A stretch of 64,000 bases of DNA from Octopus sinensis (lineage: Eukaryota), in assembly GCF_006345805.1 (NCBI RefSeq), contig NC_043003.1, positions 82,894,001 to 82,958,000 on the forward strand, given 5' to 3'. The position numbers were made by a program, and so were the translations under genes. Numbering within the stretch: position 1 is the first letter of the stretch; every line of letters starts with the position of its first letter. The notes beneath the pieces were generated by a model. It saw only the letters and a program-made list of their open reading frames with translations. It was not told the DNA's origin and made no database searches. Shown here piece by piece: positions 28,033-44,278 of this stretch.

Positions 28033-28163
28033 TTAGGTTGTCCCAAAAGTTCGTAAACACTTGCAAAAATTGAATTTTTACTCGCCAAGCACTAACAAAA
28101 ATTATTCCTCAAAATAAAGACCATTATTTTCAAGACTTTCTACGAACATTTGGGACAACCTTA
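28033..28163 (-). mobile_element. 131-bp mariner-derived MITE
   Basis: TIR ttaggttgtcccaaaagttcgta / tacgaacatttgggacaacctta (21/23), TA flanks. The interior encodes a mariner-like C-terminus NNGLYFEE*. Confidence 0.8.
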
Positions 28164-30872
28164 TAATTTGTTGGTGCGTGGACCACAGTGAATAGGATCT
28201 AGATTTACCAGGAAATCTTGTTGGGTATGCATCTGTAAGAAATTTCACATACTGCACCAGCCCGCTGTAACTATCAATGGAAAAAAATGGCATACGATAT
28301 CAAATAATATAGTAGTCGTGTAGTGAGTCTTTTACTACGGACTCATCCTGCCAGAGAAAATTTGAAGGATACAAATAAGCAAAATTAATGAAATCAGATC
28401 GAATATTTCCAAAAGCGCTTTTCAAATAATTATCTTACGACGCTGAGTTTCATATACATACAAATATGCATCCGTATGTACATTCCTACGCACATACACA
28501 CACACATACACACATACTCACAATATATATATATATATTCATGATATTTTATAGACTGGCACAACACTATGTTACTTACTGAAGAGTATTTAAATATTAC
28601 ATCTTTAGGCCTCAATCAGTCTGTTCAGTTTATGTATTTTGCTATCAAAGCAGCATGAGTTATTCTACGGCTAGTTCAACGCGGTGCAAATAGGATGCTA
28701 GCGCCACTTTATTGGCTTTCTATAGCATGATATATTCGGCGAAACGAATTCGTAATAGAGTATACCGCTCGTGGTATGTCCACCGGTTAATTATTCAAAT
28801 AGTTAATTATTTTTCAGTCATTAGAATATGAGTAATCTACGGGCAACAGTTATCATGTGGCGGTTATCCCATTTAATGATTCATATTATAAATGTGTTTG
28901 GTTGACAGACACAAGTGGATTATAATTTTTAATGGCGCCACATACCCTGCAATTTTTGTAGGTAATTTACGCTTGGATCGATATATATATATATATGCGT
29001 TTTCAGAAGAGAAAGACTTGATGTTCATTAACAGGGCGTACATCTGGTGGCAACAGTGAGAGAAGTCATTTTTTTGCAGATGGCTACAGCGAGCAGTGTG
29101 GGAAATTTCTCACGTGGGCAGGGCTGATAGAATTTTCAGGGGAATAAGGTGAAACCCTTTCCAGAATAATTCATGCACGAATGATTTAGATCAGTCATCA
29201 AAGTAATGCATTAGGGCAGAGAAATAATCAAAATGTATTGCAATATTAATAAATCGTTCTAGTAAGTGTAGTAGACTTGATCCCAGTAATAATATCTATT
29301 ACTAGTGCTAGTATATGAAAATGATTATGATGTCAGTCTGTTATGGATTTATATTAAGTCAATACGCTTAATTTTTAGGACCCTCGTTCTTAATATTATA
29401 TTTTTAATTTGAAGTTTTGCATCCCAAAGAATTTTGCCTCTAAAGTATTAATCACCGTGGCTCAATCCACTCAACACAACTATACCTCTATCCACCTAGA
29501 TTTCGTTCTTTCTCTCTCTCACTCTCTCTCTCTCTCTCTTTATCTCACTCAAACACACACACATACACACATGTGTGTCACTCTGTGTATGTGTGTATGT
29601 ATGTATGTATGTATGTATGTATGTATGTATGTATGTATGTACGTATGTATGTGTCACTCTGTGTATGTATGTATGTATGTATGTATGTATGTACGTATGT
29701 ATGTATGTATGTATGTATGTATGTATGTATGTATGTATGTATGTATGTATGTATACAATGTTCGTATTTTTATTTGCATTCGTTTTTCATAGAATGTTCA
29801 ATTTCGTTCGAATCGTTGGAATTATTTATGACCTATCAACTGGTTGAATCAAATAAACGCAATAAATTCACTGTATCGCTCCTTCCTTTGATATCCACTC
29901 TTATTGTCTCTCACCTTTTTTCTTCTTCGTCATCTTATTATTACTGTTGGTGGTATATGTACCATGGGCACTTCGCTTTTGGTCGACTTGTGTTTTTGCT
30001 TTTGTTTTTATTCACGTTTTAGTGCTGGTGGCTTTCATTAACAAGAAAACACGTTCAAATATTCATACATTATTATACTTAGTTCTTAATCATTATTTAG
30101 TTTGACATCGAAATATTTTATTTCGCAAGGTTCCCTCCCTTTTGATTTTAGACGAACGGTATCAAATTCTTCATATTTTACATAATGAAAAAGTATCATT
30201 TTTCCAGTTGAGATTAAGGCCATCAGAAAACTTACTGTACAGTATTTGCTTTTCTCAAATATATCTTTTAAAATGAATAATTCTATTTTTGAAAATGAAT
30301 AATTCAAATTCATTGCTTTCCTTTAAAGGGTTATATATTTTTGTTGGTATTAAATATCTATTGCATTTAATGCAAAATAACTTTTCTATTAAGAATTTTA
30401 GAAATTGTTTCTTTCATTTTTATTCATTTTTTCCCACTCTATAAGATAAAACCTGCCAGTTGCTATTAATTAAAAATATATTATTATAAAATATGGTTTC
30501 TTGTAATCTGCTGAAATTGTGAAAACATTTTGTCCGTGTGCTTATTCTGAAACACTGTTCTACATTTATAGAGCATATGGAACAGGAAATATTCAAGTTT
30601 TTCCACTAGCATCAAAACGTAATAGCAATAATTGTCTTTCGATATTATGAAGATATTTGAATGCTTCAATTTATTTAGATAGTACAAAGAAATAGGTTTG
30701 GAATAAGTTCTTAGGTAACTCAATTTTCATATAAATGGCAAAGTAACTCTAATCTATGACGTTTGAAATTATCCAAGTTAATAACTTCGACAATTAACAC
30801 TAGAACAAGGGGTATACTTCTCGTGACAATGAACTACTGTACACACTCTACATTTTAACATTTACTGAAGTA

Positions 30873-31264
30873 CGATCAAAAGGTTCCTCCCCCCCCCCCC
30901 GTCCAATGGACGGTGCTGAGTTGTCAAACATTTAAACCAAGTTGTTTTTCTTAAAACAACTTGTCCGACCGTCCCGTTTTGTGGCATTATTTCAAGCCAG
31001 CCGGCTTTTTTTGCAAAAAACTGCACGTGCATTTTTCTCGCGTATGCGTAGTATCGATCGCAACAGCTGATGTACAAATGCACGTTTCCACGGCTTTATC
31101 GATCGAATTCCCACCTGGAATTGATTTTTGTAATTTTTCAAGTCTTATGCACGCCCTGATACCGTCGATATCTACATATCAAATTTGAGCGCAATCGGAT
31201 GGAGGATGCCCGAGTTCCTAGAAGACACACACGCAGACAGACAGAACAGATTTTATATATTAGA
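30873..31264 (-). mobile_element. non-autonomous Helitron, copy 2 (392 bp)
   Basis: 5' TCTAATATATAAAATCTG, hairpin CCGTCCATTGGACGG, 3' ATCG|T. Confidence 0.75.
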
Positions 31265-31589
31265 TATACTAACTGTGTTCGTTAAATTGTATACGTGAGT
31301 TTTGTGATATATGAAAACTGTTAGTAAGAGAATAAAACAAATCTTAAATATTTCATTGAATTTTACACAAACAGTTTACCAAAAAAATAACACTAATGCA
31401 ATTAGCTTTGCGGGAAAAGCGTGAGAAATGCCTATCTTCATGTTTGTTTCTTTTATTTGTCTGTGAACACTTCTGTTTAATGGGTTTGAATTCGTTCCTG
31501 ACTTGGAGATTTCAATAAAAGTATTCTGGTCTGGTTTCAGCCTTACTCAACAACATAAGGTCTTTCCTGCTATGGCTCAAACAATACTA

Positions 31590-32142
31590 CCCAGTTTGCC
31601 ACAGGTTATGACCCAAGAAGAATGACAATGAATTCTGGTGATAGGATGAGATAGTGACAGTGCTACATTAGAAACTGTGCAAAAAATTGGGGTCTAGACA
31701 GAGACAAGACGTGGAATGAGCACAAACCAGAGTGGCGGAGTCGCAGACCTGTAAGATCCTGTGGCATTTCCCAATCCAAAGAGATAAGGTGTAGAGCATA
31801 ACAAACCGAACGTAGTGGTGGTGGACAAGATGCGCCACAGGTGTTATATACTTGATGACACGTGCCCCTTTGTCCCACGAATAGTCAGAAAGGAAGGCGA
31901 ATAAACAGATATATACAATCTTCTTAAGTATCAAATAGCCCGGCTATGGAAAATGAAGACGGTGCCAATTATTGTTGGTTCCTTTGGGACAGTAACAGAA
32001 TGCATCAAGTTGAATATAAAGGAAATCGGAATAGAGTGCCCAGTAGAAATGTTACAAAGGTTTTGCCTTCTTGACACGGTCAGAATAATTAGCTCCATGC
32101 AAGACTCCAAGAGTTCCAACAAAACATGAGATAACGCAGAAT
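31590..32142 (+). mobile_element. R4/Dong-clade LINE 3' fragment A (RLE domain) with (TAA)n tail
   Basis: LH*KLCKK..WNEHKPE, ILW.FPIQ, KP.VVVVDK, VPIIVG. Followed by (TAA)n 32142-32278. Confidence 0.8.
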
Positions 32143-32172
32143 GATTATAACGATAATAATAATAATAATAAT

Positions 32173-32278
<106 letters not shown>

Positions 32279-32857
32279 TCTGGCACAACGCGAATACAAT
32301 TGACAAAACGTGAGTATAAAAGAATCCATGGCAATGGGGAAAGACTGATCCATTGGGAGCTCTGTGGAAGCAGCAAAAGCGTGGTATGAGAAAACCCCAG
32401 AAGGAGTCATCGAAAATGAGAATTGCAAAGTTCTGTGAGATGCAACGATCCAATGCGATCACCTTGACCAGACATCAGAGACCGGATATTCTTGTGGTGA
32501 ATAAAAGGGAAAGAACATGCATGATAACCGACATAGCATGTTCCGGTGACAAAAGGATCAATGTGAAAGAAGAAAAAAAAAAACAAACAAGTATGACAAT
32601 TTGAAATTGGAAATACGAAGGTTGTGCTCAATGAGGAGAGTAGACGTGATACCAATAGTAATTGGTGCACTTGGATGCAGGTACTCAACTACATGCATGG
32701 TTGAAAAAGACTGGTGCAAGTGGGAATGTAGAACACCTATAAAATCAGCATTGCTTCGAACTGCAAGAATTCTTCGCAGGGTTCTTGAAGTATGATCAGT
32801 AAACAAGTGTGACATCTTCCATCACACCCAGGAAAATACGCTGTGAGCTTTCATCAA
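32279..32857 (+). mobile_element. R4/Dong 3' fragment B
   Basis: IHWELC, RPDILVVNK, DIAC, LKLEIRRL, VIPIVIGALG, TARILRRVLEV*. (AAT)n on both sides. Confidence 0.88.
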
Positions 32858-32989
32858 ATAATAATAATAATAATACAAATAATAAGAATAATAATAACAA
32901 CAACAACACCAAAAACGGCAATAATCATAATAATAATAATAGTAATAATAATAATAATGATAATAATAATGATAATAATAATAATGATG

Positions 32990-33084
<95 letters not shown>

Positions 33085-33110
33085 AATAATGATAATGATA
33101 TTAATAATAA

Positions 33111-33754
33111 AAATGGACAAGAAACAAAAAAACATATTTCTCTGGCTGTTCAGTTTAGGCTAAGAAGGAATTTATTCACAGACACGACAGAGTTGGGATC
33201 TATATACACTAGAGGCTATGCCAACACTCTGGAATGATAACAGAAAAATCGATTGTATAGGCACACGCCAGAAAAGGTTACAGAAAATTAGGGGTATTCC
33301 AATACACACAGATATGGGGTATACCAATACACACAGATAGGGAAATTAAGGCCAATAGGCCGGATATAGTTGGCAGTGATCAAGAAAAAATTGCTTTCTA
33401 ATTGATGTATCACTACCAACATAAGACAATGTTTCTCTAAAAGAAATGGGGAAACTTTCAAAATACAAAGACCTGGAAATGAGGTAACTCGAATGTGGAA
33501 TTTAAAGACAGAAACAATTCCTATCATATTAGGCGCATTAGGCATGATGAAAAAGGAATATTCAGACAAATATATTACAAAAATACCAGGACTAACAAAT
33601 ATATAACATACAGAAAATAGCAATACTAGGCACAGCACTCATCCTACGTGAAACACCTTCAATACAGTAGTAATAAGAGCATCACAACAAGCCACAGCAC
33701 ATACTCAAGGAATACAGAGCTGCGTTTGGTAGTGCAGTGAAAGCATGTGATAAA

Positions 33755-33755
<1 letters not shown>
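33111..33755 (+). mobile_element. R4/Dong 3' fragment C
   Basis: RHDRVG, ANRPDIV, LIDVSLP, KYKDLE, IPIILGALG. (AAT)n on both sides. Confidence 0.85.
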
Positions 33756-33806
<51 letters not shown>

Positions 33807-33828
33807 TAATAATAATAATAATAATAAT

Positions 33829-34039
33829 GACCTGCAAGGTCATGTGCTGTTTATCTTGATATGAGATCACCATGTCGCGCACATATGGTTGTGATGCATG
33901 TGCCTGGTGTACCCTTAACAGACGGGTAGTCATGATGGGTATGCTGGGCTTCGTATATTTTACCCCAGTGTCACTTTGATGGCATGCACTGCTCTCTCAC
34001 TCAATAACAATAATAATAATAATAATATTAATGATAATG

Positions 34040-34118
<79 letters not shown>

Positions 34119-34290
34119 CCTGCAAGGTCATGTGCTGTTTATCGTGATATGAGATCACCATGTCGCGCACATATGGTTGTGATGCATGTGCCTGGTGTAC
34201 CCTTATCAGACGGGTAGTTATGATGGGTATGCTGGGCTTCGTATATTTTACCCCAGTGTCACTTTGATGGCATGCACTGCTCTCTCACTC
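33829..34290 (+). repeat. two 174-bp 3' fragments of the ~550-bp TAA-embedded retroposon (33829-34002, 34117-34290), tandem unit 288 bp
   Basis: Both start gacctgcaaggtcatg and end ctctctcactc. Three differences seen. Homologous to 45704-46260 and 58722-59260. Confidence 0.9.
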
Positions 34291-34327
34291 AATAACAATA
34301 ATAATAATAATAATAATATTAATGATA

Positions 34328-34399
<72 letters not shown>

Positions 34400-34423
34400 T
34401 AATAATAATAATAATAATAATAA

Positions 34424-36753
<2,330 letters not shown>

Positions 36754-37129
36754 CCTGAGCTTTGTTTCTATTATAATAATAGCAATTACTTCAAATTTAG
36801 ACACAAGACCAATAATTTTAAGGAGTCCTAATATTTGAGTGGTACTTAAAATTATTGCTATAAATTCAGGACGTAAAGGACCGGAATTCCCGAAATCTAG
36901 CGGGCCTTGTAAGCGAAGGCTTCCTTTTATAATACTAGTTAGAGAAGTTATAAAAATGTCGATACAACTATCTCTTAACAGAATTAATAAAATTAGCTGT
37001 AGATGGCTGTGGTAGAATCGAAAATAGGGAAATATAGATGCTTATGTTCCTATTACGTAATTTACTGCTTGGTTCATAGTCTCAGCCATGTAGTCCTGTC
37101 AGATATGTGTATTTAAAGCAAGACATGCG

Positions 37130-37340
37130 CTAGAGGGTTCTGAAAAGTTCCTAGCCTTGGATAAAAGAAAATACAGGATCAGTTAATTATGATTTTATTC
37201 AACATATTCCCCTCTGAGCTTCATACAATTATTGCAGCGGTCCTTCGATTTCTCTAAACCTTGTAAAAGAACTTGGGAAATTTGGGCCTCCAGCCAGACC
37301 TGTTGCAGTACCTTAAAGCCAGGAACTTTTCAATATCTCT
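37130..37340. mobile_element. ~210-bp mariner-type MITE
   Basis: Imperfect TIRs gagggttctgaaaagttcctagcctt / ccttaaagccaggaacttttcaatatctc. Confidence 0.6.
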
Positions 37341-38184
37341 GAAATATATTCTAAGTGTATGCGTCATCGCATAGTCATGTTTGTTTTATTTAGGTGTGAA
37401 GTTAGTACTCGGGGATTTCACATCACATATATGCATTGTCTTTCTTTGTCCTTACAGATATATGATTTCTTACGTGCAATACTTGACCAAAGTATTCAAT
37501 TAGAGATTGTATTCTATACAAAATATCTGTACAGAATATGTCTGTGTGTATATGCGACACTTTCATATATGCACTCAAATTAGATTGATGTTGCATATAT
37601 AACATAATCTAAAATATGTCAAGCTATATATGTCGATTTGTCTGTGAGACTATGTCTACCTATATTTTCCATATTCTATCATATAGATCGTTCTTTATAC
37701 ATTAACTATATGTCTATTTCTTTTACACTATTGCCCTGACCCCTTCACAAAATCCATCTGTCTTTTTCCTTTACCATATATCTAGGTGTCTCTCATTTAT
37801 GGTCTGTATGAATATAAGTTTCACCTTGTATCTATCACATCGGTGTATTTTATCGTTATTTGTCAGTTTCGCTGTATGAAAATTCATTATATTTTGACGT
37901 CTGTCTGTATATATGTATATAAGTATGAATGCGTGTATATATTTTGCTTTTGTGTACATATATATAATACACAAAAACAGACACGTTTGTGTGTGTGTGA
38001 CTGTGTTTGTGTGTATGTGTAGGTAAATTAAATAATGCTTACTGTTATGTACGTTAACGACACGAGATGATTATTTACCTGCTTGCAGTCAAATCAAAAT
38101 ATGTAACGACCTATTTTGTCATTATATATATACATATATATATACGAGCAAAGTGGATATCGAAGCACATAACGCTATAGATAA

Positions 38185-38510
38185 TAGCGTGCTTTGTGGT
38201 AACCAGTCTGCATCTCAGTCGCATGATTCCTGCTTCAGTCCCACAGCTTGGCAACTTCGGCAAGTGGCTTCTACTTTAGCCCTAGGCCAACCAATTGGAG
38301 AGGATTTGCTTGAGGAAAACTGAATTTTAAGAGAATCGATTGTTTACGTCCTCGTAAATAAGCTGCTCGACTTAAAGCACCGAAAGAAAAATTACCTGTC
38401 TGTAAAATATTAGTACTTGGGCCGATTTCCTCGACTAAATCATTCAAAACGGAGCCCCAGCATGGCCGCAGTCCAACGACTGGAAGAAATGTAAGATAAA
38501 AAAATAAAAG
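38185..38510 (+). mobile_element. SINE family B, old, no long microsatellite
   Basis: cagtcccacagcttggcaacttcggcaagtg..., cccagcatggccgcagtc.. Confidence 0.65.
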
Positions 38511-39096
38511 TGAAATTATTTTCGGCTAAATTTGACGTGATATGTACAACTGCAACAGAGAGTAATACCTCACGACCAAGAGGAAAGGACACATCAGTCG
38601 CCGTGGCTGTTTCCGCACGCCGGAATTCATTCTTCTTCAACCTTGAACTTGTATTTTTGGATGATGTATTGTAGCCGAACCCTGCCGGGTTTGGATGCTC
38701 TGCATTGATAAGGGGAAGCAGCTGACCTCCCCTGTTCGAAGGTTATAATGGACACAGGTTCGTGTGTCACATAGCTAGCTAGAGGCGATGGCCTCTTGCA
38801 GCTAATCAACGGCAGCATTCGTCCTATATTTCTGACTGACATATTAGCTTGGCGATAACTATTAGTATTGTATTTTGTTTTCCTTTTATGCAAGCTGTCG
38901 AATTTAGACTGTATATCTATCTGACTATCACTTTTTCCGGTATCTTTCTAAATATGCCTTTGCGCATTTTCTAAGCATAAATAACTATCTCACAGATTGT
39001 GGTTGCGTTTTAAAAAAATTCTGAGCGAAAGAAACAACCAAGAAGTATTTTATTGCCTTTTGGTGTTTTCGAATTAATATGAACATGCGAGTTTTA

Positions 39097-39300
39097 AGGC
39101 AGAATCGTTAGCATGCCATGCAAAATATTTAGCGGCATTTCGTTCATCTTTACGTTCTGAGTTCAAATTCCGCGAGGTCAACTCCCCCTTTTATCCTTAC
39201 GGGGTCGATAAAATAAGTACTAGTTGCGTATTGCGGTCTATGTAATCAACTATTCCCCTCCCCCGATATTGCTGGCCTTGTACCAAAATATGAAACCAAA
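39097..39300 (+). mobile_element. SINE family A
   Basis: ggcagaatcgttagc..gttctgagttcaaattccgcgaggtc..ggggtcgataaaataagtac. Confidence 0.8.
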
Positions 39301-40231
39301 TTTTAAACCAATACGGACAAGTGTGTAATTGAGTCAGAATTTTTCTGTTCATACTCACAATCAGAGAATTATATGAAATTTTTCCTTCTAATTTTGAAAT
39401 TCTGAAAATTAAATCTAAAATCAGAAACCAATGTATTATAATCCTTCAGTGGATTTACAGTCACAAAATTAGTGTTCGGTCATTTGTAATATTGCCTCGT
39501 AATTAAACTTTCATTTTGAAAATAAGTCATTTAACGGTGTATCTCAAAATGAATACAACCATAAATAATAGCTTGTTATATGGGTTAATAAAAAAAACTC
39601 CTTGGATGGAAAAACATGCTGAAAATTAATCGCTCTGTTATGTTTTTTTTAATCATCAAATGACGTAACAATAGGTTAAATCCCTGTGGGTTTTATCAAC
39701 GTAATAATCATTAATCTAAAAGTAGTACTCGAAATTCCTATACCGACGTTTGCCTACAGAACAGAACATGGTATTCTAAATGACGTAAAAGTAATTATCT
39801 AGAAAATCTAAATGAATTCAACCTTGTATTTCTCATTATTTTAAGAATGATAACGATTTTTCTCAGTGCCTTCGGTGAACGTTCAGTATTTAAAAGGTGC
39901 GAGCGGTTATACATTCATGATATTTAACCAGAAATTGTTAAAGTGTTTGAGGGTGTATGAAAGTATGCATAGTTATGAATCATGACCAGAAAAATGCAGC
40001 GATATCACGTGAAAATATTAGAGATCATTCTTTTATTCTTTTACTTATTTCAGTCATTTAACGACTGTCTTGCTGGAGCAATGCTTTAAAGAGTTTTAGT
40101 CGAAGAAATCGACCCCAAGATTTAATCCTTGTAAGCCTAGTACTTACCCTATCGGTCTCTTTTGCCGAACCGCTAAGTTATGCTGATATAGACACCCCAA
40201 CATCGATTGTCAAGCAATGGTGGTGACAAAC

Positions 40232-40276
<45 letters not shown>

Positions 40277-40398
40277 ATATATATATAATATATATATATA
40301 TACCGGAGTAAACACATAAATGTGAAACAAGGTGGAAAAAAGAGTACTCAAATACCAGTGGTAGAGTAATATGCTTTATTTTAAGCAGCAGAAAATTC

Positions 40399-40452
40399 AA
40401 CAAAATCTGTTACTCTGAGTTTCTCGTTGCCGTTCATCAGACAGTTTTTATT
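40399..40452 (-). ncRNA. minimal type I hammerhead ribozyme (inverted copy)
   Basis: aataaaaactgt-CTGATGA-acggcaacga-GAAA-ctcagagt-A-acagattttgtt on the minus strand. Confidence 0.7.
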
Positions 40453-40649
40453 CAATGTAAGGTTTTTTCCTCGGATTTTATAATTTTTATAAGCTTTTTT
40501 ATATATATATACATATATTTTTGACCTTTTTGTTTATCGCTCGAAGATTGACCGTTTTTTTCTAAAGGGCCAATCAAACAAGTCCATTTCTTTTTAAAGG
40601 TGTAGCGTTTGTAAGAGTCTAGATTGAATTGATATATCGGTTCCATTCT

Positions 40650-40703
40650 AACAAAAACTGTCTGATGAACGGCAACGAGAAACTCAGAGTAACAGATTTT
40701 GTT
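40650..40703 (+). ncRNA. minimal type I hammerhead ribozyme
   Basis: Helix I aacaaaaactgt/acagattttgtt (11/12). CUGAUGA 40662-40668. Helix II cg-GCAA-cg with an A-A at 10.1/11.1. GAAA 40679-40682. Pseudo-palindromic helix III ACTC-A-GAGT. GUA triplet. Confidence 0.72.
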
Positions 40704-40728
40704 GAATTTTCTGCTGCTTAAAATAAAG

Positions 40729-41250
<522 letters not shown>

Positions 41251-41854
41251 TATATATATATATATATATATACGATGGGCTTCTTTCAGTTTCGTCTACC
41301 ATAATCACTTTGATCAAATTCCGTTAAGTTCAGTCTTGCTTTTCCTTTTAGTGTCAATAAAATAAGTACCAGTTGATCACTGGGGTCGTTGTAATCGAAT
41401 TACCCTCTCCTACAATTCCTGGTCTTATGCACAAATCTGAAATCATTACGCGCGTGTATGTGTGTTTATGCTCTTATTGATATATTTGTTCATTTCACTA
41501 TGTTTTTATATACATAACCATCGCTTTGGTTTCTTACCATAATTTCTTCTTAATCTTTACATTCTCATATGCATATACAAACTTCAAATATCTGTTTATT
41601 TAATCGCCTACCTGAATGCTATTTTATATGTATATTGTATTGTTTGTTCTGCACCTGCATACAATAATTATATAATTATCCATGTGTATGTCTGTGTGTG
41701 AACATATGTTTATTTGTCTATGTATCTATGCTTAAGAGTGTATGGCTCTATTCATGTATGTAGGTGTGTGTAATTATATTTATGTACGTGTATGTCTCTC
41801 TCTCTATATATATACACACACACAGCCACACTCACACAGATACACATATATACT

Positions 41855-41895
<41 letters not shown>

Positions 41896-42153
41896 AGAGA
41901 GAGGGACAGAGAGAGATGGAGACATGGAAGGAACTAGAAAAAGAGAGAGAGATAACATATATATTAACTGATTTTCTTGTGAGCTTCCAAGGATTTTCAG
42001 CAAGTGACCGGCTTATTCTCACTATAAAATATTTGTCTGTTTCTTTTTCATGTCTCCATTGGATTTGTTATTTATTATTCTGTATTTGAGTGTAAGTAAA
42101 TATAAATGTGCTACCATACATAATCAGATTTAAAATCTAAATACTATATACAG

Positions 42154-42205
<52 letters not shown>

Positions 42206-42288
42206 ATAAGCATACAGATGCAGATGTACGTATATATGTGTGTATATATATATATATATATGCGCGTGTATAAACATGTATACATTTA

Positions 42289-43385
42289 TAGGTCTTAGAC
42301 AAAATAATGGAAACACCTTGTTAAATATAGCTGGCATCAATCACAGTTTCAATACGTCGAGGGATTGCATAGAAAATGATTTGAAAGGTTATTTTTGAGT
42401 AATTCTTCAACTATAGCTTTAGCTCATTCACTTGATGCTCCGAAGTGCACCATAAATGTTTGGTTATACTAAGATCTGATGATTGTAATGAATTACAGCA
42501 AATTCTCTACTCTATTTCCCTTTTGTGTTCTTCGGAGCAATTTTGAAGCACATTGGCCGTGTGATTCGGCGCGTTATCGCCCTGGGACATTACGAGACCA
42601 TCAGGAAACAACGTTTGCACCATAAGAGAGACATGATTAACCAAAATATTCAGGTATGCCTTGTCGATAATGCTGGTTGTTAGAATAATTAAAGGGTCAA
42701 GTGTATTCTGAGATAGAGCTTCCATATTCGCCAATTTGCAGCCTCTATCTTCACAGTGTGATCCAACCTTAGGGTTGAGGGCCTATTTGGGCTGCGTCTA
42801 GATATAAGGCATAAACACACCCCCAAAGTGGGATAAGGATGAATGGCGATTCACCAGAAATTAAATGATTTCATTTAAGCACTGGCGAACTCTTATACCC
42901 CACACGACATTACCTCACTTACCAATGATAACAGAGGCCATGAAAGGTTTATCAATTTCAACCCTTTCTTTGTATCCATCCTTATGAAACTCGTGGCGAA
43001 CGTTTTCGTTCAAACAAAGTTTGCATCAGAGAGGTTTATCTGAGCTGAAACTTTCCTGCCGTAGATCGTTTATTTTGTCTGTTTCTTCGCTTTCTTTCTT
43101 CTTGAGTCTTTTGTTTTCTTTTTATTTATTTTTATTATATATATATATATATATATATTTGACACAATACGTTTCACTGTTTTGCAGTCCTTCTCTATGA
43201 ACTTTGCCTCCTGTCCAGAATTATGCTTCACAGAGCTGATTTTTACCTCAGTTTTGGTATGTCGACATGAATTTAGAGACTGCAACTTTCGATATATTAA
43301 ACAGTTTAGCAGTTTTATTGACAGAATCTCCAGCCGTCTGCGCTCCAACAATTTTCCCTTTGGAGGCCTGACAGGTGACATATTT
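42289..43385 (-). mobile_element. Tc1-family relic sharing its TIR with 17460-18714
   Basis: TIR taggtcttagacaaaataatggaaacacct (27/30). SQGDNAPNHT, SDLSITKHLW, VRHEFHKDG..KPF. Other TIR not found. Confidence 0.75.
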
Positions 43386-43503
43386 TAACTTATTTCAAAA
43401 TAAATATCTATAACAAAACAGAAGCTATATCATGAATTAAAAGACAGGCATTATACATATGAAAACGTATAGAGAGGTTAGAACGTTTTTTGAATTTATC
43501 ATA

Positions 43504-43940
43504 TCTATTATATAAAATCCGTTCTGTCTGTCTGTGTGTGAGTCTTCTAGGATCTCGGGCGTCCTCCATCCGATTGCGCTCAAATTTGATGTGTAGATAC
43601 CGACGGTATCAGGGCGTGTATAAGTCTTGAAAAATTACCATCATCGATTCCAGGTGGGAAGCGATCGATAAAGCCGTAGGAACGTGCATTTGTACGCGCA
43701 AGTACATCAGCTCTTGCGATGTACTTACTGGTTTCATATTTGTGTGAATAGAATCGTTTTTCTTTAGAATAGAAACATGTCTATCTTTATTTCTTCTTTT
43801 GCTGGTGTCTCAAATTTAGGTTAAATCAGTGTTTTTCAAAGGAGAGGCCTATGGGACGGCCGGACAAGCTTTTTTAAGAAAATTTGGTTTAAATGTTCGA
43901 CAACTCAGCACCGTCCGTTGGACGGGGGGCGTTTTGCTCG
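43504..43940 (+). mobile_element. non-autonomous Helitron, copy 3 (437 bp)
   Basis: A|TCTATTATATAAAATCCG ... CCGTCCGTTGGACGG ... GCTCG|T. Confidence 0.8.
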
Positions 43941-44094
43941 TTGGTTATAATATGAACGCAGTTAAATAAATGTGGTGTTACTATTAAATTGCCCATCCTC
44001 TGTACGTATAAACACTCACACATATATATACATATGTAGATAAGTACGTATGTGTGGTATGTATATATATATATATATATATGTTAGTTAGTTA

Positions 44095-44250
44095 ATTTGG
44101 CTCAAAAGCAAATAGCAGCTCTTTCGAGAGGTTACACTTTCCGCTTATGATGTTGTGGGCGAGAATGAGACCACCACGGCGGCGGCGTTTTTCTAGAGAA
44201 TAAAGTTCGAGCGTCCACAGCCTAAGGATACAAAATAGTGCTATCGTAGC
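44095..44250 (-). mobile_element. CR1/L2-group LINE C-terminal fragment
   Basis: LELYSLEKRRRRGGLILAHNIISG resembles L.L.SLE.RR.RGDLI..Y.I..G. Confidence 0.6.
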
Positions 44251-44278
44251 TAGATGCAAAAGTGAAAACACCACTAAA

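Larger units (their letters stand above)
40300..40728. mobile_element. Penelope-like pseudo-LTR relic with 79-bp inverted arms (40374-40452, 40650-40728)
   Basis: Arms are reverse complements with one mismatch. Each carries a hammerhead fold followed by AATAAA. Flanked by (TA)n. The PLE assignment is inferred from this architecture. Confidence 0.7.

Noticed and set aside
37458-37491. Plus-strand strong acceptor followed by IYDFLRAILDQ
   Set aside because: Weak donor (gtattc) and ambiguous frame; expected by chance in AT-rich DNA.
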